Below, one piece after another: positions 43,976 to 54,601 of a stretch of DNA of 64,000 nt. The DNA comes from Eledone cirrhosa. Its lineage: Eukaryota. Both the position numbers and the translations under genes were made by a program. Every line of letters starts with the position of its first letter. Position 1 is the stretch's first letter. The notes under the pieces were generated by a model. It was not told the DNA's origin. It made no database searches and saw nothing but the letters and a program-made list of their open reading frames with translations. The DNA is taken from NCBI GenBank assembly GCA_964016885.1, contig OZ024743.1, positions 110,298,001 to 110,362,000 of the forward strand, given 5' to 3'.

Positions 43976-44185
43976 TTCATTATGCAATAACTACATTTGA
44001 AAATGAAACTTATTTTTCACATACATAATATATATGACTGTGTCTGTGCATGCAGATGTGTGTCTCTCACTATCACTTTCTCTCGCCCTCTCTCTCTTAC
44101 TCTATCGATCTCCCTTCTCTCTCTCCCTCTATATATATATATATATATATATATACAGAGAGTGAGAGGGAGAGAGAGATAAACA

Positions 44186-44259
<74 letters not shown>

Positions 44260-45187
44260 TGCATGTCGCTTTTCGACATTCTACCGATTATGCATCCTAT
44301 TTCATAATATTGCTGACATTAAACAAACGGAGCTACTAATTTTTTTGCTAGCCCAAGGGGAGATTTACTCTAGCCAAAACGTAAACATAATTCTGCTGAC
44401 TAATTCTTAATATACATATAACAACATATAGCATCAACGCATATAGTTCATTATAAATATATGCCACAGATTCCCGTTATAATTTTTTTTCAATAATATA
44501 TGGTCTGCGAAGCAAGCACTTGTTTATAACTACGCAATGACATGCTGAAATATATTCAATTTTTTTTTGTTTTTCACACTATACATTTTTGAAGGCTGAA
44601 ATATAATTTGTAGATTTCTCTCCCCGTCATCTAGAAACTCGCAGTTGCCTATTTATGGGTATATCTAATTGGATAAAACTCAACGTGTGGCATGGTATAA
44701 AATGCTTCCTTCTGCTTTAGGGTGTTAAATTCATAGTGCTGACATCGATTATCTGCATTTCTTCACGAAACTCTTTTCAAATTCAATTTATTTTCAGTTT
44801 ATTATATTAAAGATATATGTTACCACCAAGTAATATATAATGGTTGTATATTTCCTTTGTATTTTTCAGTTTTAGTTTAACTCTGCCAAGTTGAGTTGTA
44901 GTTGCCTTGTCTCTTATTTTTTTACATTTATTTCCATGTTTAACGTTGCACTAGCTGCACTTGATCTGATTCAACATATCTAATTTCTTTTTAACGTAAT
45001 TAAGAACATGTTCACTTAAAACGTGATGCATATATGTATGGATATATATGTATGTGTGTGTGTGAGAGAGACAGAGAGAGAGAGAAAGAGAGATGGAGTA
45101 AGAGAGAGAGAGATTGAAAGAGATGTATATATATATATATGTATGAATGTATATAAACACACCTCTTTCTCTCTCTCATATATACAT

Positions 45188-45227
<40 letters not shown>

Positions 45228-45905
45228 TTATATATATATGTGTGTGTGTATGTGCGTGTGTGTATGTGTGTGTGTATGTGTGTGTGTGTGTGTGTGGATG
45301 TGTGTGTTTGTGTGGGTGTGTGTGTGTGTGTGTGTGTGTTCGTCTGTGTGAATGTATATATTTGGCGTGTTTATTTATGTGCAAGGCAAAGCGGATTATG
45401 ATTTCTGAAACAGTGTATTGTTGAATCAGTCTCTTACAGGAATGTAGTCATACATTTCTATGTACAGTAGTCAAAAATGATTAGGTGAACAGAAACTGTG
45501 CTCATACGTATTATAATGTTTAACTTCTGCAATAAATAAAAATATATGTGCATATCTACAGGTATCCTACACACTGCTACTTTGAGCATATTCAAATGTC
45601 ACACAACATAAATCCCCAAACCACATATTGGATTACTGACACAGACAAAACCACCAATGTGCAGATCACATTATGGTCTGTCAGGTGTGATGAACCGCAC
45701 AACAACATGTATGAATGTTACCAGACGGAGCATAATACAGTATTAAAAAGTTCGATGGCCATCGGCAGTTGCTTTAGGTTTATCTAAATTTCCGTGTACA
45801 CATTTTGTTGAATACTACCAATGTTGATAGTCTGCGCTCTTCAGATTTCATAAAAACGTTAAAAAAACTTGAAAATATTAAAAACTTCTCCCAAATAATT
45901 CTCAG

Positions 45906-45984
<79 letters not shown>

Positions 45985-45988
<4 letters not shown>

Positions 45989-46408
45989 GGAGGTGAGTTT
46001 TATTGTAGTACAATAAAGCAATGCAGATATCGGATAAGAAGCACTCTACAGTTTGTAGGACTGGAGTATGCATAATATAAGATCAAAAGATGGTTAAAGG
46101 AGTTCCATATATTTTATTATGCGCATTTTAAAAACAAACATCATCATGCAATAATATTTGTGTTTTCATCAGATAAAACAGGAGAACATGATATGAAGGC
46201 TAAAAAACACTTGTGGATAGTGCAGTTTTAAATCAACATATATGTTGATTTAAAACTGCACTATCCACAAGTGTTTTTTAGCCTTCATATCATGTTCTCC
46301 TGTTTTATCTGATGAAAACACAAATATTATTGCATGATGATGTTTGTTTTTGAAATGCGCATAATAAAATATATGGAACTCCTTTAACCATCTTTTGATC
46401 TTATATTA
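45985..46408. mobile_element. Young fold-back pLTR element; near-perfect loop-less palindrome 46073-46408
   Basis: Centre at 46240/46241, ~168-bp arms, one mismatch seen; related copy at 49778-50034. Confidence 0.85.
46303..46369 (+). ncRNA. Minimal type-I hammerhead ribozyme with long stem II
   Basis: ttttat-CTGATGA-AAACACAAAT...ATGTTTGTTTTT-GAAA-TGCGCA-TA-ataaaa. Confidence 0.8.
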
Positions 46409-46413
46409 TATAT

Positions 46414-46785
46414 ATTGAAATATGGTATGCCTTCATCGGACACAATACAATATATAAACGGTTTTATGAATGATTTTGACGTGCCCTGTTGGATGCGACC
46501 ATTGTTTTTGGAAGCTTCCAAAAATGGTGGTCGCATCTAATAGGGTGCGTCAAGATTATTTATAGAACTGTTTATATATTGTATTTTGTCTGATGAAGGC
46601 ATACCATATTTTAATTTGGTGTCCCTGAAATATGTATAATGAAATAAATATGGTTTTATAAATATAAATATAGTTTCCATTTATTTAATATCATAAATAT
46701 ACTCCAAATACTTGTTGAGTGCTTTTATATCAGTTATAAATATTTACTCGTTGTTAACCCAACAATTTAAATATAACTTTCCATG
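46414..46785 (+). mobile_element. Fold-back PLE pLTR derivative (hairpin 46414-46615) with hammerhead at 46582-46647
   Basis: Hairpin centre ggaag|cttcc; tattttgt-CTGATGA-aggcatacc...ggtgtccct-GAAA-TATGTA-TA-atgaaata. Confidence 0.85.
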
Positions 46786-46797
46786 TATATATATATA

Positions 46798-47395
46798 TAA
46801 TTGGAAATTTAGTAAAATCGAATCTATGGCGGTTTGCATGTAAATTCGCCCTACTTATATGAAATGATAAGTTAGCAAAGCACTCAATAAGTTAGGTCCT
46901 TAGAGTAGTAACATACGTTTAAATAGCCTGACAAATCGAACATTGTGGTAGGCAAAATTCCAGCAACAGAAATAACCCCAGTTTTTGGCGGGTCATTCAA
47001 ATTATTAGACAAAGGAAATATTTTTATTTCCGCTAATCATCATGATAAGCTCTCGAACAGATGTTATAAAACCAACACAAATAATTAACCAATCAACAGA
47101 ATTGTCTAATTAAATTAATTAGTTAATTATTAAATCTAGGAGAATAATATAATTCGTGATTCAGTAAAATCGAATCTCTGGCGGTTTGCAAGCAAATTCG
47201 GCGTACTTATATGAAATGATGAGTTAGCAAAGCACTCGATAAGTTAGGTCTTTAGAGTAATAACATACGTTTAAATAGCTTGACAAATCGAACATTGTGG
47301 AAGGCAAAATCTAACACACTATAATATACCAAAGTAACGATAGAACTAACTAAATCTAGGAGAATAATATTATTGGAAATTTAGTAAAATCGAAT
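46798..47395. repeat. Direct repeats of ~160 bp (46798-46958, 47150-47310, partial 47350-47395) between (TA)n tracts
   Basis: agtaaaatcgaatct.tggcggtttgca...gacaaatcgaacattgtgg.aggcaaaat is repeated. Confidence 0.8.
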
Positions 47396-47743
47396 ATATA
47401 TATATAAATTTCTTAGCTTCTTGGATCTGAGCAGAGTTTGATGTTATTGTGTTTATATAGCAGGTGCGCACTTCCATATAACTACTGACATGCGTTAAAT
47501 GTCTCTTTGCTTTGTGTCGTATAACCTGTATTAATTAATCACTTAACAATTATTTCACGTCTTACACACATATAAAACATATAGCCCATTCACTAATTTC
47601 TAAATAAGTAACATGAGAAGACAGCACTTAATATTTCATCGAGGTTGTATTACTTATCGAACTCGATAGGATGAAAAATGTCGACGATACTTAAATATGG
47701 AATGATATGCCCACAGCCACGGTGGACAAAATGGAGAAGTCGT

Positions 47744-48460
47744 TTACCCGGAGGACGTCAAGGGAGACTCGCTGGAGAAACCTATGGTCGTGAGTAGGGA
47801 GGTAGCCCTAGGGCTGAGGACACCAGAAGCCTCTACTGCTAGAGGTACAACTGCAAACCTGTCGGAGAGCGACCGGTATTTGAGGAGTTTGGCCTCCTCA
47901 GCCCGACGTGCAACAGAACATGGGTTAGTCGCAGACTGCACCAGGTTGCGGCTGCAGAAAGTGTCGGTGCAAGTGGCATCGCAGACGAGTGGTTTGTCAT
48001 CGCAGAACGGGAAGATGGTCATGCCATCTAGCGTTTTGCCGTCCCTCGGTCCAGCCCCCCGGCTCGAGCTGGAAAGGGAAGCGTCCAAGCCATGCTTTAT
48101 GATTTCGTTGATGGCAGCATGGCGTGGAAGGCGGCCGGAACTGTGGTGACAGGAAAGCGGGTGAAGGCCGAAAGAGTCCTCGGTGGATCTGCAGCGACAT
48201 TGGTATGGCTCGTAGATCCGGAGGCCGAGTCTCAAGGAAATGCTGATGCGCAGGCTATTGTTGTCTAGCTGCGTGCCAGTGTAGAAGAAGAGCAGGGCAC
48301 GGAGACAGGCACCACTGAGCGGTTCGGAGGCCGCACAAAAATAGGCAAGATGATGCTGGTCGAGCTGGCGCGTGTGCCTGCCTGAGGCCAGGCTGCACTG
48401 GATGGCATCCCAAGTGCTTTCGGGGGACTTGACGTCAACAGCGGGATAATGCATCCCCAT
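47744..48460 (-). mobile_element. CRE-like RLE non-LTR retrotransposon fragment (zinc finger + restriction-like endonuclease)
   Basis: LRISISLRLG...CRC...GLHPLSC...RHAAIN...DGKTLDG...LVCDATCTDT...AEEAKLLKY...VPLAVEASG; GC-rich island. Confidence 0.85.
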
Positions 48461-49524
48461 TAATTATACCAACTCCCACACCCATACACATGTGGGCATG
48501 GAATTGTGTGCTTTTGTATGAGCGTATATTTACCAAATTTTACTATTACATTCGACTATCATCATTATTATGCTAACACCCACTCGTATGTCATGAATTT
48601 CGATATATTGTTAGCAGTGTCTTAAACCACTATATATGAACTATTGTAGGATGTCTAGATAGAGATAAACATATGTTAATACTTATAATGTGCTGCAACT
48701 CAACAAATACATGTTTCGAGCATCGTAATTAGTTCTTTCCTAGTTTTAGATCTGATACTTTTAAGTGTATTATTAAACGTCATCATATAGCCTTCAAACA
48801 TGTTATCTCTATAAATGGTTAACACGATTAAAGTCTATATGATAACCTATTGTAATACACATACGTTAAAATCACGTGCCCTTATGTAATTTTATATAGC
48901 TCAGTGTGGTAATGGGAGACTTAGAAAATCGAATTAAGGCCGATAAATGGAATCATGTGTGGCTTTGTGTAGTCAGGGGTGTAGCCATACTGACCACACT
49001 TGGTCAATTGCGGGTTGGTGTGGATATTTACCACATAGCTGGGTAAACTCATTTCTTCCGAAGATGTAACCAGCCGAAATTCCCGAGCTCCTGGCCGACA
49101 CTCTTCTTTCACTTATATATATATGCTTGGTGGTGACCTAACTGTCCAGCTCGTTTGTCTAACACTATATCACGAAAAAGGTTATACATCTCGTATATAT
49201 TTTTCGTTAAGAGGACATGTTTTGGTTTATTTAATACATAAAACTTTACAGCTTTACATATAAATATATATGATATAAGGTATATATGTTCCCTTTATTA
49301 CTAGTATTATAATAATACTCCGGATAAATTTATACCGTTGAGTGATTGGTGTCTGTTATATATAAGAATTAGTTGATTACATATCGACTAACTCCTTTTC
49401 CATTGATTATATATATATATATATATATATTGTTCAGAAGAGGTTGCTTTGACCAAAAACGGGTGTAAGCAGGAGAAAGCTCTCAACAATCGTATTTATT
49501 AGTTACGATGGCGATTTTCATAAA

Positions 49525-49746
49525 AATAACAAAATAAGACGCTGAGGTTACATAGATGGTTTAATCATTATAATTATTTCCACAGTTCTCCATGCAATCG
49601 AGATGTCCACCAAAAATATGCCAGCGGCATATCAAACATATCGGATATCATGAAGATACCGTTCTCATACAACAACAAATGCATGGAGAACCGTGGAAAT
49701 CATTACCATGATTAAACGATCTATGTAACCTCAGCATCTTATTTTG

Positions 49747-49750
<4 letters not shown>
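49525..49750 (+). mobile_element. Fold-back pLTR remnant with a degenerate hammerhead (~49646-49713)
   Basis: Inverted repeat 49525-49596 / 49680-49750; TGAAGA-taccgttctc...gagaaccgtg-GAAA; the left arm gives GAAA-TAATTA-TA on the minus strand. Confidence 0.6.
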
Positions 49751-49777
<27 letters not shown>

Positions 49778-49783
<6 letters not shown>

Positions 49784-50033
49784 ATCAAAAGATGGTTAAA
49801 GGAGTTCCATGTATTTTATTATGCGCATTTCAAAAACAAACATCATCATGCAATAATATTTGTTTTCATCAGATAAAACAGGAGAACATGATACGAAGGC
49901 TAAAAAACACTTGTGGATAGTGCAGTTTTAAATCAACATATATATTATGTATACTCCAGTCCTACAAACTGTAGAGTGCTTCTTATCCGATATCTGCATT
50001 GCTTTATTGTACTACAATAAAACTCACCTCCTA

Positions 50034-50034
<1 letters not shown>
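49778..50034. mobile_element. Rearranged copy of the 45985-46408 element; intact hammerhead on the minus strand (~49813-49877)
   Basis: 49778-49942 matches 46077-46242; 49941-50034 is the reverse complement of 45985-46079. Confidence 0.85.
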
Positions 50035-50082
<48 letters not shown>

Positions 50083-50241
50083 TCTGTAGAAATGAATTTA
50101 CCCACCTGTGTGTTAAAAAGCCTCACCAAACTGCAATTGGCCAAGCGTGACATGACAAAACTTGACATGACCAAAATAGAAGACGGAGGCGGTCAATCAG
50201 TGAGTGCTTCGTCCGCCAGGAGTGGACAGGCCCTGGAATGA

Positions 50242-50308
<67 letters not shown>

Positions 50309-50461
50309 TGTGGGGTGGGTGTGATAATGAATGACCGACGTATGCCTAGGCAGCTTCTATGACGTTCACTTAGTTGCTCTCTTACGTTATTTCATTCTCT
50401 CTCTCTATATCTCTTTCTTGATTTAAATTATACCTAGGTATGTGTCGAAAATCTAAGTAAT

Positions 50462-50682
50462 AATGGTTTCTTATATAGGCACAAACCCAGCAGCTTCGGG
50501 GGAGGGGAAAGTTGATTGAATAGACGCCAGTGCGTGACAGATACTTTATTTTATCCACCCCGTAAGGATGAAAGGCAAAGTTAACCTCTGCGGGATTTGA
50601 AATCAAATCATAAAGGGCCGTAACTCTATGCTGCAAAGCATGGCGTCCGACCCTCTACCGATACTGCCAATCCACCGCCCTT
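50462..50682 (-). mobile_element. Full-length SINE (long variant) with ~18-bp TSD
   Basis: TSD gaaaatctaagtaataat at 50447-50464 and 50683-50700. Confidence 0.92.
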
Positions 50683-50937
50683 GAAAATCTAAGTAATAAT
50701 GAAATACTGTTCTCCCACATGTTGTCCCATGTTAATAATATTTCATGAACTTGTATATATAGATTGTAATCGAAAGCTAACTGACAACAGGTCAAATAGA
50801 CTTACATAAATACTCGATTAATTCTTCTACAGGTTACCATCTGTGTATGGTTTGCTGTCAAACGAATAGTAAATGTACTTAATAAGGTGTTTTAAGGTGT
50901 GTATGATCTTGAGTGAAAGTAAGTGAATGAAAACAGT

Positions 50938-51363
50938 ATGAGTTCAAATCCAGCCGAGGTTAACTTTGCCTTTCATCGTTAAGGGGTCGATAAAATAAAG
51001 TACCAGTAATGTACTGGGTATTTGCTGGCCTTGTGCCTAAAGTAGAAACAATTATTTCCTCCCAGCGGTGGATTGGCAGTATCAGTAGAGGGTCGGACGC
51101 CATGCTTTGACGCAAAGAGTTATGTCCCATTATGATCTGAGTTCAAATCCCGCCGAGGTTAACTTTGCCTTACGGGGTCGATAAAATAAAGTACTAGTAA
51201 TGTACTGGGCAATTGCTGGCCTTGTGCCAAAAGTAGAAACAATTATTTCCTCCCATGTTAACTTTACCTTTCATCCTTACAGGGTCAATAAAATAAAGTA
51301 CCAGTAATGCACTGATATAATTGCTGCCCTTGTGCCAAAAGTAGAAATAATTATTTCCTCCCA
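50938..51363 (+). mobile_element. Three head-to-tail SINE copies
   Basis: Units 50938-51050, 51065-51241 and 51256-51349, each followed by attatttcctccca. Confidence 0.9.
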
Positions 51364-51855
51364 ACCATCTCTGTGAATCATTCGTTCTCATTCAGAAATG
51401 TGTTTATGCATATTTCTACATTTTCCTTATTTGAAAATAGTTTCTGATTTAATAATATAACACTGTAGTTTTATTCATGCTCTTGTTTAACACGAGGCCT
51501 AGCTTGTATACTATAATATTCCCACATAATTACAATATCTATATATTCTGGAGAAATCATGATGATTTCTCCCGAATGAAACAGTTCTAGTCCTCTAGAA
51601 GCCATGTTTATATTAAATATTTATACTCTTCTATGCATTGAGTACCTTACATACTGTGGTTACCCCCGATTGAACGCGGGATAAATTTTTAAATATATAT
51701 ATATATGAGTGTATGTGGTGTCGATCTTAACCAGTTTTGCTTTAAAACTACGACAGACAAAATAATCTAAATCATTAAATTGACTCGATATCAGAGCTAT
51801 ACAACAAATTATAAAATAAGAAGTAATAGACACAGATATATACCTATTTTTACTC

Positions 51856-52196
51856 AAAGTCCCCACTGTACAATTTCGTTGGTCTGTTTGCAACAGTTTT
51901 ATATTATAGATATGCAATATCGTTGTGGGCACACCATCTCATCCTCGGGGAGAGAACGCTTTCCAGACACGTTCGCAGCAAGTGAGAAAATCTGATAAAG
52001 GGATTCAGCCCCATTTCTTGACCGGTGTAAATTTCTTTCTCCGCCTTTTGAGATTTTCTCACTTGCCGCGAACGTGTCTGTAAAGCGATTTCTCTGAGGA
52101 GTTCTTCAAAAGCTGCTGTGCCTCACAACGATATTGCACTTCCATAATGTAAACTTGTTGCAAACTGACCAGCGAATCTGTACAGTCGGGACTTTA
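51856..52196. mobile_element. Diverged fold-back/MITE-like element
   Basis: aaagtccccactgtaca...caagtgagaaaatct vs agattttctcacttg...tgtacagtcgggacttt. Confidence 0.7.
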
Positions 52197-52305
52197 AAGA
52201 AATATATATATATATATATATATATATAACGAAGGAAATGTGGTAAGGAACCAGATGGACCATAACGCACCAGATTCCTCAATACTTAGAGTAGTAGAGT
52301 GGGTA

Positions 52306-52436
52306 ATAGGAACAAGTATGACCCTGACGGCAGAGCTCAAGCCGTTTTGACGACTAATTCTGGACTCAATTCTGGAGTCCAGAACGAGCCGTCGAAATGG
52401 CTTGAGCTGTGCCGTCGGGGTCATACTTGTTCCTAT
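52306..52436. repeat. ~62-bp-arm hairpin within a short insert in (TA)n
   Basis: taggaacaagtatgaccc...ctggactc / gagtccag...gggtcatacttgttccta. Confidence 0.8.
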
Positions 52437-52480
52437 ATATATATATATATATGGATTTTAGTCTTCAAATTTATTATTAT

Positions 52481-52555
<75 letters not shown>

Positions 52556-52558
<3 letters not shown>

Positions 52559-52757
52559 AAAAAGAGATGAAATCGAAAATGCAACTGGAGTCTTATTTTT
52601 TTTTTAATATATATATTTATTTGGTTCCTTTACCGGTTTCGCAGTTCTTCTGCTTTTCAAAAGGTGAGTTGAGATGGAGGGTCTGTGGTTTGAGAAAAAC
52701 CACAGGCCCTCCATTAAAAAAAAGATAAGACTCCAGTTGCATTTTCGATTTCATCTC

Positions 52758-52788
<31 letters not shown>

Positions 52789-52840
52789 ACTCGTGTAGGA
52801 CACCGGTTATTTTTCATTTTGTAAAAAAAACCTCACTTTC

Positions 52841-52845
<5 letters not shown>
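52556..52845. mobile_element. Fold-back derivative of the Neptune-like pLTR
   Basis: Homologous to 30081-30190 and 32370-32470; inverted repeat 52556-52605 / 52716-52766; lies in (TA)n. Confidence 0.85.
52627..52664 (-). ncRNA. Minimal hammerhead ribozyme, U3:A8 core variant
   Basis: Reverse complement: CCTT-TTGAAAA-GCAG/AAGAA/CTGC-GAAA-CCGG-TA-AAGG; perfect stems I and II, palindromic CCGG. Confidence 0.78.
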
Positions 52846-52902
<57 letters not shown>

Positions 52903-53683
52903 TATAAAGATTAATATTAAAATATATATGGAATTTAGATGTTAAAATTCTGATTTGAAAGTTTATCTTATTATAGTCAATCGAGAAACCAGTAAGTATC
53001 TCTTTTATTTGCTCGTTAGGAAAGTACCTCCTTCAGTTTCTTTGATGAGTATTTCGTCCAAAGGATATGTCTGTTCATGCAATTCACGTGTAAATGCTTG
53101 ACCATTCGATAGTTAATAATAATCCAAGCGACATTATGCATGCTAGAATATGTGACGAGATTGGCCTTTTGAATCACAGGTACAATTCTTCTTATTTACA
53201 AATGAGAAAATCCTTGAAAAATTTATGAGAGGATTGATATTCAAGTTATTGCAGTTACAAACGCTTCCTTTCAAATACACGTAAGCATCACACACATTTC
53301 AACACACACACAAACACACGTGCGCGCGCGATCTTCTCCTCTTTTTAATATTATTACTCTCCATATATTTTGATGATGGATTTACTTCCGAAAAGCTCAA
53401 ACCCGAACTCCTAATATGCCAAGCGTTAAACATATATATTTAATTTTACTGCATCAAATTATTGTGTTGTCTTAAATGTTCCCATATATAGATATATACA
53501 TATGAGATATAATAAGATCGAAGCATATTCGGTGTCTTCGCCAGGCAAGCGGCCATACAGAGATTGTCCATTCTTATTTCATTATGAAACAGATTTCTAA
53601 AGAGAATAGATGAGCTCTATAGTATTTCTCTCCCCGATTTGCACATCAACATCTCAACCTAAATCATTAAAAATAATGTTGTC

Positions 53684-53833
<150 letters not shown>

Positions 53834-54444
53834 TTATATATATATGGTCATACTTATACGCATACAATACGAGTGTACGTATGTATGAATATATTATGCC
53901 TGTCTGTACCCATTGCTGACAATAGTATTATTTGAATGTTATCGTTTAAAAGAGAAAAACCATTGTATAGCTATTTTCGTTGTATGTTAAAGCCTTGTAA
54001 TAATGTGATTCTTTGATAATGTGCTATAATGTCCAAAATACTAAAAACTGTTTGAATACTGATAATCTTTATGACATTTATGAACAATGATGACAGTTTC
54101 CCATTTTATGAATAAAAAATGTTGGTTTTAACTGGTTCTATTTTCTATAAAATAACATATAATACATTTTGGTAAACTATATAACTTTTCTCATTTTTAT
54201 TTATTAAATATTTATATTTCTTTTGCATTTGCTTACTTACTGATTACATATTGTGGTATATTGTTTGTGTGGGCTATTACATTTTCGATTATATAGCTTG
54301 TAATTATTTAAATATCATAATTTCAGAATGGCTTTACACGAGTACTCTGCACTATTTATTTTTCAAAACCTGTATATCTATATTGATTACGCTCGGGACG
54401 AATTATTATTTATGAACTATTAACATTATTATCTTCGTTAGGAA

Positions 54445-54601
54445 GATAGAGGGTCGGACGCCATGCTTTTAGTTACGTCCTTTACGATCTGAGTTCAAAT
54501 CCCGCCGAGGTTGACTTTGTCTTTCATCTTTACGGGGTCGATAAAATAAAGTACCAGTAATGCACTGGGTAATTGCTGGCATTGTGCCTAAAGTAGAAAC
54601 A
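54445..54601 (+). mobile_element. 5'-truncated SINE with 20-bp TSD
   Basis: TSD attattatcttc(g/t)ttaggaa at 54425-54444 and 54602-54621. Confidence 0.9.

Noticed and set aside
46820-46915. Minus-strand hammerhead in the 160-bp direct repeat
   Set aside because: The core is CTAAGGA/CTAAAGA...CGAAT and lacks essential residues and stem I
50938-51363. CRISPR-like array
   Set aside because: The intervening units are homologous SINE copies in eukaryotic DNA; no cas genes
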